The notes under the pieces were generated by a model that saw nothing but the letters and a program-made list of their open reading frames with translations, was not told the origin of the DNA and did not search any database. 64,000 nucleotides of DNA from an uncultured delta proteobacterium (GTDB taxonomy: Bacteria; Myxococcota; Myxococcia; Myxococcales; Anaeromyxobacteraceae). Made by a program: the position numbers and the translations under genes. Location: assembly GCA_963766715.1 (NCBI GenBank), contig CAVYBH010000008.1, forward strand, positions 800,001-864,000. Reading direction: 5' to 3'. Every line of letters starts with the position of its first letter. Within the stretch, counting starts at the first letter, position 1. Positions 1-10,837 of the stretch are shown piece after piece.

Positions 1-300
1 CTGGCGATGAACCCGCTCCCCGGGCGGCGTCGCGCCTTTCTTCGAGCGCCGGCGCGGCAGGACGGTTCGACGCGGCGTCCGGACACTTCCTCCCCGCCAT
101 CACGCTCGACTCGGTGTCCCTCATGAAGCGTGCCGTCCGGGAGACCGACGCGGTCAGCTGGGCGACCGAGGTCCTCATCGCCTCCGAGCTGCGCGAGGCC
201 GCTCGTGCCCTGCCCGTTTCGGCCCTCCTGGGCCCGGCTAAACTACGGGATCATAGAAGCGAGGACCGCCGGTGATGCCTGCGTTGGAGATGTTCCTGCC
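1..300 (+). CDS. C-terminal part of a probable LysR-family regulator (partial, frameshifted)
   Basis: PAITLDSVSLMKRAVRETDAVSWATEVLIASELRE followed in another frame by LVPCPFRPSWARLNYGII resembles the end of a LysR substrate-binding domain. Confidence 0.4.
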
Positions 301-408
301 GAGCTCCGTCGGAGGAGAAGCGGATCTCGGAGGCCGGGCCCCGCGCCGACGGCGCCGGCGACGACGAGTCCACGGGGCGACGAAGTGAGGGCTCGCTCCG
401 CGCACCCG

Positions 409-1227
409 CTAGAAGATAGAGGTCAGCGGCGGCAGGGAAGCTGCACGCGGAGCGTCACTACGGCGAGACGCCAAGCCGCACGGCGTTGTAGTAGGCGGAC
501 ACGTTGCCGTTGAAGGGGAGCTTGCAAATGCGGAAGATCTTCCCGCCGCCGGCGCAGAACGGGACACCCACTGCTGCCCGGACGCGGCTTGCAGTCGGCG
601 GTGAGGATGGGAGAGGTGGTCAGGTACCAGCCTCCGTGGAGGTTGTAGTTCACGAAGAACTGGATGAGCATCTGGCTCGCGCTCGCCCCGGCCACAGACC
701 AGACGTGGTTCACGAGCGCGCCGAGCACCCAGTAGCCCGGCATGGAGAGCACGACCGCCGAGGGTCCGAGACCCAGGTGGACTGAGAGCGGTGAACGGTG
801 AGCTGGCGGTGGGGAAGCGAAGCCACCGGGCCCGCGCCCAGATGACGGCCCGGGTTCGCGGGCGACGGAACACCGTGACGCGTCAGATCACCGAGCCGGT
901 GGTGACCGACCGCCGGTGAAGCTCGGCTGGGAGACGATGGGCAGGATGGTCCGGGTGATGACGTTACAGTCCTCGGAGACGTGCAGCGGGATGACCGGCT
1001 GGATGTTGAGGACGTTCTGGGCGTCTTGTTCCCCGGACCGTACCCGAACCGATGTTGTCCTGGAACGGGACGCTGGTAGTCGGAGAAGGGGTTCTGCGTG
1101 GCCCTGGCGAGCTTCTCGGTGCTCCTCCTGGGTCTTCCCGCTCGACGCCTCCTGGCGCGAGCCGTGGCGGAGAGGGACAGGGGGGCGCAGGCGGCGAGGG
1201 ACAGGCGGATCCGTTTGAGGAGGGCAT
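409..1227 (-). pseudogene. Degraded outer-membrane beta-barrel ('neuromedin U'-annotated family)
   Basis: Fragments in several frames: LARATQNPFSD, SVPFQDN, QNVLNIQPVIP, ITRTILPIVSQP, WVLGALVNHVWS, QFFVNYNLHGGWYLTTSPILTAD; many frameshifts; ends approximate. Confidence 0.7.
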
Positions 1228-1458
1228 GAGATCGTCTGGTTTCCAAAGCGGGAGCCGAGGCCCACCTGCGGCGTCCACGCGGTTTTGGGCATTCGGAATA
1301 TCACGGGGCCCCGCGCCGAGACCTGGCCTGGATGCGGTCCCGCCAGGATAGAGCCGGCGAGGGCCGTCGCGATCACGCTCGCGACTGGACTGGAATGAAG
1401 AGTGTGGCTGCGGGATCATCGTGGAAGGCACGGGGTCCATCGAGCGAACGCTGGCCTG

Positions 1459-3060
1459 CTAGTTCCCCTTGTTCTCCGTCAGCTTCTCCATCGCGCGGCT
1501 CAGGTTGAAGCTGCCCGGCTTCTGCCGGGGCGGGAACTCCTGGAAGGACTGGATCCAGCCGCCGACGTAGGCCATGGCCGGTGCGAGCGTGTAGATCCGG
1601 TCGATGCGCCAGCGTCCGTAGCCCATGCCCTCGTGGTCGGCCCGCTCGAAGGGATCGGAGCGCAGGTTGAAGAGCTTCGGGACGCGCAGCACCACCATCG
1701 GGTCCTGCCACACGTCGAAGCCGTGGGAGCGCTGCTCCATGAAGACCAGCTTCCAGTTCGAGTAGCGGAGACCGCAGACGTCCCCGTCGTCGGTCCAGTA
1801 GAGGAACTCCTTGCGCGGCCACTCCTTCGCCTGGCCCTGGAGCGCCGGCAGGAGGTCGTAGCCGTCGAGGTGGACCTTGTAGGTCGTGCCGCCCACGTTC
1901 GCGCCCTTCAGGAGCGACTCCTTCACGTTCGGCTGCCCGGCGGCCGCGAGCAGCGTGGGGAGCCAGTCCTCGTGGGAGATGATCTCGTTCACCTCGATGC
2001 CCGGCTTGACGACGCCCGGCCAGCGGACGAGCAGCGGGACGCGGTAGCCGCCCTCCCAGTTGGTGTTCTTCTCGCCGCGGAAGGGGGTCGTGCCGCCGTC
2101 GGGCCAGCTCATCACCTCGGCCCCGTTGTCCGACGTGTAGATGACGATGGTGTTCTCGGTGATCCGGAGATCGTCGAGCTTCTTCAGCAGCTGCCCCACG
2201 TGGCCGTCGTGCTCCACCATGCCGTCCGGGTAGGGGCCGAGGCCGGTCTTGCCCTCGTTCTCCTTCTTGAGGTGCGTCCAGATGTGCATGCGGGTGGTGT
2301 TGAACCAGGCGAACCAGGGCTTGCCGGTGGCCTGCTTCTCGTCGATGAACTTGAGCGTCGCGGCGACGATCTCCTCGTCGATGGTCTCCATCCGCTTCGA
2401 CGTGAGCGGCCCGGTGTCCTCGCACTTCTGCTTGCCCCAGGCGCCGAAGCGCGGGTCGGCGGGCAGCGTGCTCGCGGTGGCGGTGGCCCAGCAGTGGAAG
2501 ACGCCGCGCGGGCCGAACTTCTCCTTGAAGGCCGGGTTCCTCGGGTAGTCGGGGTTCTCCGGCTCCTCCTCGGCGTTCAGGTGGTAGAGGTTGCCGAGGA
2601 ACTCGTCGAAGCCGTGCACGGTGGGGAAGAACTCGTTGCGGTCGCCGAGGTGGTTCTTGCCGAACTGGCCGGTGGCGTAGCCCTGGGCCTTGAGCAGTTC
2701 GGCGAGGGTGGGATCCTTGGCCGACAGCCCCTCCGGCGCGCCCGGCAGGCCCACCTTGAGGAGGCCGGTGCGGATGGGCGACTGGCCGGTGATGAACGCC
2801 GCGCGGCCGGCCGTGCAGCTCTGCTGGCCGTAGGCGTCGGTGAAGACGGCGCCCTCGGTCGCGATGCGGTCGATCTGCGGGGTGCGGTAGCCCATCATCC
2901 CGCGGTTGTACTTGCTGATGTTCCAGTAGCCGACGTCGTCGCCGAAGATGACGAGGATGTTGGGGCGGGACGCCTTCTGCCCCTGGGCCGCGGCGACCGT
3001 GGCGAGCGTCAGCGCGAGCGCGGCGAGCGCGGTGCGAAGGACGGACGAGCGATTCATCAT
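1459..3060 (-). CDS. Secreted arylsulfatase (Cys-type)
   Basis: Signal peptide, PNILVIFGDD, SCTAGRAAFITG (CxAxR), GKNHLG, SDNG, GEK; GGAG RBS. Confidence 0.93.
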   Translation of the reverse strand: MMNRSSVLRTALAALALTLATVAAAQGQKASRPNILVIFGDDVGYWNISKYNRGMMGYRTPQIDRIATEGAVFTDAYGQQSCTAGRAAFITGQSPIRTGLLKVGLPGAPEGLSAKDPTLAELLKAQGYATGQFGKNHLGDRNEFFPTVHGFDEFLGNLYHLNAEEEPENPDYPRNPAFKEKFGPRGVFHCWATATASTLPADPRFGAWGKQKCEDTGPLTSKRMETIDEEIVAATLKFIDEKQATGKPWFAWFNTTRMHIWTHLKKENEGKTGLGPYPDGMVEHDGHVGQLLKKLDDLRITENTIVIYTSDNGAEVMSWPDGGTTPFRGEKNTNWEGGYRVPLLVRWPGVVKPGIEVNEIISHEDWLPTLLAAAGQPNVKESLLKGANVGGTTYKVHLDGYDLLPALQGQAKEWPRKEFLYWTDDGDVCGLRYSNWKLVFMEQRSHGFDVWQDPMVVLRVPKLFNLRSDPFERADHEGMGYGRWRIDRIYTLAPAMAYVGGWIQSFQEFPPRQKPGSFNLSRAMEKLTENKGN

Positions 3061-3160
3061 GTGGGGATCTCCCTCGAGGCGGAGCCCGTGCCTTAAACGG
3101 CGTGCCTCGCGGTGTCCGGCGCGATCGGCCACCCTCCCCACCTGGGGCCATCCGGTCCCC

Positions 3161-3616
3161 TCAGAACCAGGAGGACAGGATCAGCTCGACCTGGACGCGG
3201 CCGCGGTAGGCGAAGACGAATCCCGTCCGGTCACCGGTCCCCCAGATGAAGGCGACCCGGTTCCGGATCGAGGTCAGCAGGCCGAGCGGGAGCTCGTAGC
3301 GAGGCGTGACGTCGAGCCGGAGGGTGAAGTTGTCGCCGTCGGTCGTGGTTCCTGGATTGAAGGTGGCCGTGTAGAGGAGGCCAGCGGTCATCTCGACGAG
3401 GTGCGACTTGGCCTTGTCCGGGCTCAGGAGCTCCCGGAGGACGGGTGCGACCATCCAGCTCGCGAACACGCCGAAGGTCGACTGCGAGAGCTGCTTGCCG
3501 GAACGAGGTAGGGCTGGATCCTGGGACCGAAGAAGCCCTGGGCGCTCGCACTCGTGGCAAGGGTCGCCGTCGCCATCACCGCCAGCGGAAGGAGTCTCCG
3601 GGCCAAGTCCGTGCAA
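3161..3616 (-). CDS. Small secreted, probably beta-barrel protein (frameshifted near N-terminus)
   Basis: Signal-peptide-like RRLLPLAVMATATLATSASAQ in one frame; amphipathic strands ending ELILSSWF in another. Confidence 0.5.
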   Translation of the reverse strand: MHGLGPETPSAGGDGDGDPCHECERPGLLRSQDPALPRSGKQLSQSTFGVFASWMVAPVLRELLSPDKAKSHLVEMTAGLLYTATFNPGTTTDGDNFTLRLDVTPRYELPLGLLTSIRNRVAFIWGTGDRTGFVFAYRGRVQVELILSSWF

Positions 3617-3774
3617 TCTATCTCGGTCTGCCGCGTTTCCCGCCTTCGGGGCAGAGACCGCCCTGCTCGGGCCCCCTCCCCCAACTCGGGTAGCGACCGA
3701 CCGTGATGCACCCTAAGAAACCCGTGATTGCGCCAGGTCGCCAATCAAAAATCCCTTTCAAGGAGGAGTACCGA

Positions 3775-4107
3775 ATGAACCGTCTGCTCGTCGTTGCCGC
3801 ACTCGCCGTGATCGCCACAGGATGCGCCACCACCTCGACCGTGAAGGAAGAGATGGCCCCGCTCGCCAACCGGGTCACCGCGCTCGAGTCGCAGGATGCC
3901 GCGATGAACGCCAAGCTCGCCGACCTGGGCAAGAAGGCCGATGCCCAGACCGCCGACATCCAGGCGCTCCGCAAGGAGATCGCGAACTACAACGCCGCGT
4001 CGCAGAAGTCCGCCGCCGACGCCGAGGCCGCTGCCGTTCGCGCCGAGACGGCCGCCGCGAAGGCCGCGAAGGCCTTCGAGCTGAAGCAGTACAAGGGCGT
4101 CAAGTAG
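3775..4107 (+). CDS. Lpp/OprI-like alanine-zipper lipoprotein
   Basis: AAGGAGG RBS; lipobox ATGC; Ala-rich coiled coil; C-terminal Lys (YKGVK). Confidence 0.85.
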   Translation: MNRLLVVAALAVIATGCATTSTVKEEMAPLANRVTALESQDAAMNAKLADLGKKADAQTADIQALRKEIANYNAASQKSAADAEAAAVRAETAAAKAAKAFELKQYKGVK

Positions 4108-4114
4108 CGCCAAT

Positions 4115-4156
4115 CGCGCGGTGGGGTCGCGGCAGCTCGCCGTGGCCCCTCGCGCG
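4115..4156. terminator. Hairpin between convergent genes
   Basis: cgcgcg-gt-ggggtcgcggc-agctc-gccgtggcccc-t-cgcgcg inverted repeat. Confidence 0.55.
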
Positions 4157-4161
4157 GCCTC

Positions 4162-5151
4162 TCAGCTCCGGTCGGCGGTCACGTCGACGGGGGCTCCAGC
4201 GACGCCGGTCATCGCGGCGTCGAGCTTGTGCGAGTCGACGGAGCCGAGGAGCCCCCGCTTGGTGAGCAGTCGCTTCACCTCGGCGCGGGTGTCGATCTTG
4301 GCCTCGTCGTCCTGGTGGACCTCGACGTAGACCCGGCCCGACCGGACGCCCACCTTCACCGGCTCCCGGACGATCGTCACGGGGGTTCCCACCGGAACGC
4401 GCTCGAAGAGCACCGGGATGTCCTCGGGGTAGAGCCGGAGGCAGCCGTGGCTCGCCTTCCGTCCCACGCCGAAGGGCTTGTCCGTGCCGTGGATGAGGAT
4501 CGATCCCCGGTTCAGCCGGAGCGCGTGGGTGCCGAGCGGATTCTCCGGTCCCGGCGGCACCATCGCCGGCAGGTCGGGCTCCTCCTTCCGGATGGAGGCG
4601 GGCGGGTACCAGGGCGGGTTCACCTGCTTCTGGATCACCGAGAAGGTCCCGACCGGCGTGGTCCACCCCTCGCTCCCCACGCCGACGGGGAAGGTCATCG
4701 GCGCGCCGGTCTTGGGGACGAAGTAGAGGCGCATCTCCGACAGGTTCACGATGATTCGCGTGCCCTTCCCTCCGGAGGCGGCGCGCGGGACGATCCAGGC
4801 GGTGGGGATGAAGACGGTCGCCCCGGGCGTGGGCACGAAGGCGTCGAGCCCCGGGTTCGCGGCCTCGATCTCGTTGAAGCCGAGGTCGTACTGGCGGGCG
4901 ATCTCGATGAGCGACTCGTCCGGGAGGATGGAGCGGAAGCAGGAGGCGCCGATGAGCTCCACGCCGCGGCAGTCTCCCGACGGCCCGCAGTCGGCTGCCT
5001 GGATCACCTGGCAGGTCGGCTCGGCCACGGTCACGAGCGGCGGATCGACCTCCTTCTCCACCACCGGCGGCGCATGGGCGCAGCCCGCGCCGATCGCGAG
5101 AGCGAGCGCGAGGAGCCAGCGTCCTGGACGTGTGTGCACGATGACCACCAT
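4162..5151 (-). CDS. L,D-transpeptidase (ErfK/YbiS-like, LysM-like plus YkuD domain)
   Basis: ESLIEIARQYDLGFNEIEAANPG; IIVNLSEMRLY; NPLG; IHGT...ASHGCLRL catalytic motif. Confidence 0.93.
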   Translation of the reverse strand: MVVIVHTRPGRWLLALALAIGAGCAHAPPVVEKEVDPPLVTVAEPTCQVIQAADCGPSGDCRGVELIGASCFRSILPDESLIEIARQYDLGFNEIEAANPGLDAFVPTPGATVFIPTAWIVPRAASGGKGTRIIVNLSEMRLYFVPKTGAPMTFPVGVGSEGWTTPVGTFSVIQKQVNPPWYPPASIRKEEPDLPAMVPPGPENPLGTHALRLNRGSILIHGTDKPFGVGRKASHGCLRLYPEDIPVLFERVPVGTPVTIVREPVKVGVRSGRVYVEVHQDDEAKIDTRAEVKRLLTKRGLLGSVDSHKLDAAMTGVAGAPVDVTADRS

Positions 5152-5216
5152 GGGGACTTGTTAGGGCAAGCGGGGATTCGTGACAAGGGGCCCCGCAGAT
5201 CGTAACTTGGCAGGGC

Positions 5217-5876
5217 GTGGCAGCATTCCTCCCTACATCCGGGCGAGTGGTCGCGGCGCTGGCGGTGCTCCTGCTCGCGGGCATCGCCCGGGCCGAGTCG
5301 GCCGAAGCGAACGCGCCGTTCTCGTCGATCGCGTCGCTTGCGTCGAGCGAGCCGGGCGAAGCGTCGAGTGGCGCGGAAACGGCGCCGGAACCGATGGTCG
5401 CTCCGCTGGCGTCCGCCGCACCGGGGACGCCGGCCGCCTCCGTGTCGCCGGCCACCTGGTGCCCGGAGACCGGCGACGTGGTCACGGTCATCACCCGGAA
5501 GCGGGAGCTCTGGCTCTGCCGCGATGGCGCGGTGGCTGCGCGCTTCGAGGTGGCGCTCGGACAGGGCGGCCTCGACAAGCGCAAGAAGGGCGACCGGCGG
5601 ACGCCGCTCGGGACCTACGCTCTCGGGACGCCGAGGCCCTCCGGGAAGTTCGGCCTCTTCATTCCCATCGTCTACCCCACGCCGGAGCAGGCTGCCCAGG
5701 GACAGACCGGCGGCGACGTCGGGATCCACGGCCCCCCGCGCAGGCTGCCGGAGCCCGCGTATCCGACCACGGCCTACGACTGGACGCTGGGCTGCGTGGC
5801 CACCGGAACCGATTCGGAGATCCAGGCCATCGCCGACTTCGTCCGCGAGCGGCAGCCGTTGCTCGTGATCCGCTGA
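5217..5876 (+). CDS. YkuD-domain protein, DpaA/YafK-like type
   Basis: KRKKGDRRTPLGTY; YP; GGDVGIHG; DWTLGCVA. Confidence 0.8.
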   Translation: MAAFLPTSGRVVAALAVLLLAGIARAESAEANAPFSSIASLASSEPGEASSGAETAPEPMVAPLASAAPGTPAASVSPATWCPETGDVVTVITRKRELWLCRDGAVAARFEVALGQGGLDKRKKGDRRTPLGTYALGTPRPSGKFGLFIPIVYPTPEQAAQGQTGGDVGIHGPPRRLPEPAYPTTAYDWTLGCVATGTDSEIQAIADFVRERQPLLVIR

Positions 5877-5904
5877 GCCGGTCGCCCCTCGGCGACCGCC
5901 CCGA

Positions 5905-6506
5905 TCACGTCCCCATGTAGCGTCCGGGCCGGTGGTTCACGGCGAGCACCAGGTTGAGCGCGATCGCGCCGACCCCGAGAGCGCCAGCGTCTCCAGGGAC
6001 ACGACGAAGAACGAGGCCACGACGATGCAGGCGTCGACGGTGAGCTGGAACACCCCGGCGCGCACGCCGAACCGCTTCTGGAGCCAGATGGCGACGATGT
6101 TGAGCCCGCCCAGGCTGGCGTCGTGCCGGAAGAGCATGAGCAGCCCCACCCCGGCCAGCGCACCGCCCATGGCGGCGGCGTAGAGCGGCGCCACCTGGCC
6201 GAGCGCGAGGACCCGCGGGAGCCGGTCGGTCGCGACGGCGAGGAGGCCGATGGCGGCGAAGGTCCTCAGCGTGAAGGGCCAGCCGAGCACCCGGACGCCG
6301 AGCCAGAAGAACGGGACGTTCACGAGGACGTAGACGACGCCGAACGGGAGGTGGGTCACCCGGGCCACGAGCAGCGCGATCCCTGGCGTCCCGCCCATGA
6401 GGAGGCCGGCGCTTCCGAGCAGGGTCAGGCCGAGCGAGAAGAAGGCGCAGGCCGTGACGATGGCCTGGACGTCCTCGAGGAGCGTGTGGCGATCCCCGTC
6501 CGCCAT
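5905..6506 (-). CDS. YitT family membrane protein (frameshift near C-terminus)
   Basis: RHTLLEDVQA; GGTPGIALL; VNVPFFWLG; LFRHDASLGGLNI; ATGA overlap with upstream gene. Confidence 0.85.
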
Positions 6507-7544
6507 CAGCCCGCATTCGCCTGGAGGAAGCGGACGAGCCCGCGAACCCAGGTCTGCTGGTCGTCCCACATGCTCATGTGGCTCCCGGCGGGGCAGTGGA
6601 GATGGCTCCCGCGCGGGAACTGGGTGGACATCCAGCGCATGTGGCGGGGGTCCATCGTGTCGTTCTCGGCGCCGATGACGAGCGTGGGCACCTGGATCCG
6701 GACGAGATCCTTCGACCGGTCCCACGTCTCGAGCCGCCCGGAGGCGTGGAACTCGCTGGGGCCCTGCATGAGCGCGTAGATCGAGCCGTTGAGGTGGGCC
6801 ATGGAGCGCGACACGGGCTCGGGCCACGGGTCGAGGCGCACGAGATGCTGCGCGTAGAAGTTGGGCAGGAGGAGCTCCATGTATCGTGGGCTCTCGGTCT
6901 GCCCCTTCGCCTCGAGGGCCTTGATCTCCTTCACGACGGCGGGGTCCATCTGCTTCTCGAGCACCTCGCTCGCGTACCGGTTGTACGCGGGGATGCTCGA
7001 CATCATGTGGGCGACCACGAGCCCCTTGAGGTGCTGCGGGTAGCGGAGCGCGTACTCGATGGCGAGGATGCCGCCCCAGGAATGGCCGAGGAGGAAGAAG
7101 TTCTCCCGGTCGAGCCCCAGCGCCTGGCGGACCTGCTCCAGCTCGTCGACGAACCGTTCGATCGTCCAGAGCGAGTCGTCCTTCGGCTGGTCGGAGTACG
7201 CGGAGCCGAGCTGGTCGTAATAGATGAACTCGATCCCCTCGGCGGGGAGGAAGCTCTCCAGGCACTCGAAGTACTCGTGCGTGCCGCCCGGCCCGCCGTG
7301 CAGGAGCAGCAGCTTCACCTTCGGGTTGCTCCCCACGCGCTTCGTCCAGACGTTGAACTTCCCTCGCGGGGTCTCGATCGGGATCATGCGGATGCCACCC
7401 GTCTGGACCTCGACGCGAGCCGTCGCCGGAGCTGCGGCCGGGGTGGAGGGAGCGGCGGAGGCCGGGGCGGGCGCGGCGTGGGCGCAGGCGACCGCGCGTG
7501 GCGGCGAGGAGCAGGATCGACGACCAGTGAAGTGCGCGTTCCAT
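6506..7544 (-). CDS. Secreted proline iminopeptidase-family alpha/beta hydrolase (N-terminal frameshift)
   Basis: LLHGGPG, YDQLG, GHSWGG nucleophile elbow, DTM, GSH. Confidence 0.9.
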
Positions 7545-7609
7545 GGTGGGCCGGTCTAGCAAATCCGGCCCTCGGGGTCCAACCGGGCGCCGCGGCCCGC
7601 CCCTCCTCT

Positions 7610-8610
7610 TCAGGGCTCCGCGCCCGTCGCGGGCAGATCCACCCGGAAGGTCGAACCCTCGCCGGGCGGCTCCACGCGGAGATCGTGCCGCCGTGAGCCT
7701 CCACCAGGACCTTCGCCCCGTAGAGGCCGAGGCCGGTCCCTTCCCGGGACCCGGAGCCGCGGCCCCGGTGAAACCGCGCGAAGAGGTTCGGAAGGTCGTC
7801 GGGGTGGATTCCGGGCCCGGCGTCGACGACGGAGAGGAGCACCCGGTCCTCGCGGCGTGCCACCTCCACGTGGACCGTTCCCTCCGGGGAGTACTTGAGC
7901 GCGTTCGAGATCAGGTTCACGAGCACCCGCTCGAGCCGCCTCGGGTCCGCGCGCAGCCGGATGCGCTCCGCGCCCTGCGTGGAGACCTGCACCCGTTCGA
8001 CCTCCAGGGACGTGCCCATGTGCGCGACGAGCTCGGCGAGGAACGGTGCGAGGTCGACGTCCTGGAGGTCCAGGTGGAGCCGCCCCGCATCGGATCGGGC
8101 GCCGTCCAGGAGGTCCTCGATCATGGCGTCCATCCGGCTTGCTGCGCGGAGGATGGCGTCGGCGCGTGCCACGGGGAACGGATCCGCGTCGGGGCGACGT
8201 CGCAGGATCTGGGCCTGCCCGATGACGGCGCCCAGCGGCGCGCGCAGGTCGTGGGAGACCACGTGGAGCAGGTCCTCCCGCTCCCGGACGTGCCTCCGGA
8301 TCGTCGACAGCGTGAGCGCGGTCGTGAAGTAGGAGACGAGACGCATGAACGTCTCCCAGTAGATGAAGATCGCGTTCGAGTACGGGTGGAGGGCCAGCCG
8401 GTCCGCGGCGTACCAGCAGGCGGCCGAGGCCACGGCGAAGACGAGCCCGGCGGCCTGGCTCCCGTACCAGGCCGCGAGCCCCACCGGGATGAAATAGAAG
8501 ACGAAGAGGCCGAGCTCGTAGCCGGTGAGGTAGTCGATCCAGGTGATCGCACCCAGCACGCCGGCGATGCCGACGTAGAACCACGCTCGGCTCCTGCCCC
8601 TCAGCTCCAT
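7610..8610 (-). CDS. Membrane sensor histidine kinase (C-terminal frameshift)
   Basis: N-terminal TM helices; SHDLRAPL; NLISNALKYS; DAGPGI; GTGLGL. Confidence 0.9.
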
Positions 8611-8674
8611 GACGTCACCTCGAGGTGCATGGGTGCTCCTTCCCGACCATGGCGGATGAGGTTAACCGGAGTCG

Positions 8675-9609
8675 CTATCCGAGGAGCCCGATCTCGATGG
8701 CCCCGAGCACGAGGGCGCTCACCGCGACCCAGAGCGTTCCCCCAGGACGAGGGGCCTGGCCCCCACCTGGCGGAGCGCGGCCCGGGAGAGTCCCGCACCC
8801 ACGAGGAAGAGCGTCAGCACCATGGCCTGCCTGGCTCCCGCCGCGATCAGGGCGCCCGCCGGCCGCAGCGCCGGGATCCAGGTGACGACGGCGGCGATCG
8901 CGACGAAGCCCAGGATGAACCAGGGACGCGGCGCCCTCGAGCCGGGCTCCCCCGGCCTCCGGTTCGACACCCAGCCGATCGCCAGGACGAGCGGGACGAT
9001 CCAGAGCGCCCGCGCCAGCTTGATGGCGGTGGCCACCTCCAGGGCACGCGCCCCGTAGGCCATGGCCGCCCCGACGACCGAGCTCGTGTCGTGGATGGCG
9101 AGCGCCGCCCAGAGGCCGAACTGGTCCTGGCCGAGCCCGACGAGGCGTCCTACCGGAGGGAACACCAGGAGTGCGAGACCGTTCAGGAGGAAGACCGTTC
9201 CGAGCGACACCGTCATCTCGTGCTCGTCCGCCTGGAGGACCGGCGCCGCCGCGGCGATGGCGCTCCCGCCGCAGATGGCGGTGCCGATGGCGATCAGCTT
9301 GCCGGTGTTCCCCTCGACCCGCAGCCAGCGGGCGAGCAGGAGCCCGGCTCCCAGGGTGGCTCCGATGCTCACCACCGTGTACCCGAATCCGTGGAGCCCC
9401 GTGCGCAGCACGACGCCGAGGTCCATCGCCCCGCCCAGGCCCACCACCGCGGCCGGCAGGAGCGACTTCTGGATCCGGCGGGTCCACGCAGCCCAGGGGT
9501 TTCCGAAGGCCAGCGCGATGGCGGCGCCGAGGAGGAGCGCCGCGGCCGACGAGACCCCGGGAAGCAAGGCGACGACGGCTCCCGCGGGGATGAGCCATCG
9601 TCCGAACAT
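8675..9609 (-). CDS. YeiH/PSE family membrane protein (frameshift near end)
   Basis: GTAICGGSAIAA; IHDTSSVVGAA; KLARALW; PWFILGF. Confidence 0.9.
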
Positions 9610-9614
9610 CGCAC

Positions 9615-10415
9615 CTAGCCGACGAGGTCTTCGGTGCCGTCCACGCCGAGCACGTTCCCCGTGAGCCAGATGGTGTCGGGACGGGAGATCGCGACCACCA
9701 CCGCCGCCACGTCGGCCGGGGTGGTGAGGCGCTTGGCGGGGTGGAGCGACAGGCAGTGCTCGATCATCCGGTCGTTGCCCGGGATCTTCCGGAGCGCGGG
9801 CGTGTCGGTGACCCCGGCCCGGACTGCGTTCACGGCGATCTGGCGGGGAACGAGCTCCACGGCCAGCTGCCGGCAGTGGCTCTCGAGGGCCGACTTGGCC
9901 GCCGACACCGCGCCGTAGGAGGGCCAGATCCGGTGGCCGCCGGCGCTGGTCATCGCGTAGACGTGCGAGCCCGGACCCATCAGCCCGGCCTGGAGCACGT
10001 CCTGCACCCAGTAGACGAGGGAGTGGGCCATCACGTCGAGCGTCATGTCCATCTGGGGACGGGTGATGGCGTCGGCGGCGTTCTCGGTGACGAAGGGCTT
10101 CAGGGTGCCGAAGGCCAGCGAGTGGAGCAGGACGTCCACGCCGCCGGCATTCCCCTCCTCGGCGAGGACGCGCTTCATCTCGGCCACCACCTCCGCCCGC
10201 TTCTCCGGGTCGGCGGCGTTCACGTTGAAGAAGACGGACTTCCCGCCCGCCGCCTCGATCCCGGCCCGGATGCGCTCCACGTTGGGGAGCGTGCCCCGGC
10301 GATCGAGGTGGACGCCGAAGACGTTGCGCCCCGCCCGGGCCAGCGCCAGCGAGATGGCCTCGCCGAATCCCGACGACGCTCCGAGGATCAAGGCCCACTT
10401 CCGGTTCATGGACAT
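9615..10415 (-). CDS. SDR oxidoreductase, enoyl-ACP reductase (FabL/FabI-like)
   Basis: GASSGFG; YGAVSAAK (Yx6K); TDTPAL. Confidence 0.85.
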   Translation of the reverse strand: MSMNRKWALILGASSGFGEAISLALARAGRNVFGVHLDRRGTLPNVERIRAGIEAAGGKSVFFNVNAADPEKRAEVVAEMKRVLAEEGNAGGVDVLLHSLAFGTLKPFVTENAADAITRPQMDMTLDVMAHSLVYWVQDVLQAGLMGPGSHVYAMTSAGGHRIWPSYGAVSAAKSALESHCRQLAVELVPRQIAVNAVRAGVTDTPALRKIPGNDRMIEHCLSLHPAKRLTTPADVAAVVVAISRPDTIWLTGNVLGVDGTEDLVG

Positions 10416-10483
10416 CGGCAGAAGATCGACGAGTGGCCGTCGCGGGTCAAGTCCGCCTCAGGCTTTCTTGCCGATCGATGTTC

Positions 10484-10723
10484 TCAGCCATCCGCTGACG
10501 ATTCCGGAGAATCCCCGGAGGAGCGTGGCTCCTGCGACGGCACGACGGCGTCGCCGGCCGGCCGACTCCGGGGCGGGCGAGAGACCCGACGACGAGGCGT
10601 TCGGGCTGCGGCCATCTCCAGGCGGCGGGCCAGGTCGTCGAACTCTGCGTCGAGGCGGGCCACCAGCGCGTCCGCCACGCGCTTCGCCAGCCGACGGGGA
10701 AGGAGGAGGGTTTTCGGTTTCAC
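10484..10723 (-). CDS. Hypothetical small protein
   Basis: GTG-start ORF with amphipathic helix LAKRVADALVARLDAEFDDLARRLE; fills an intergenic gap. Confidence 0.3.
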   Translation of the reverse strand: MKPKTLLLPRRLAKRVADALVARLDAEFDDLARRLEMAAARTPRRRVSRPPRSRPAGDAVVPSQEPRSSGDSPESSADG

Positions 10724-10837
10724 GCAGGAGAGACGACGGGCCGCGGCAAACGTGACGGGGGCCGGCGAACTTCGTGTGGCCGGCAGCGCACCTCGCCGCC
10801 GCTCGTTATTGGCCGGGGGGGAGAGAAAGGACCCGCC

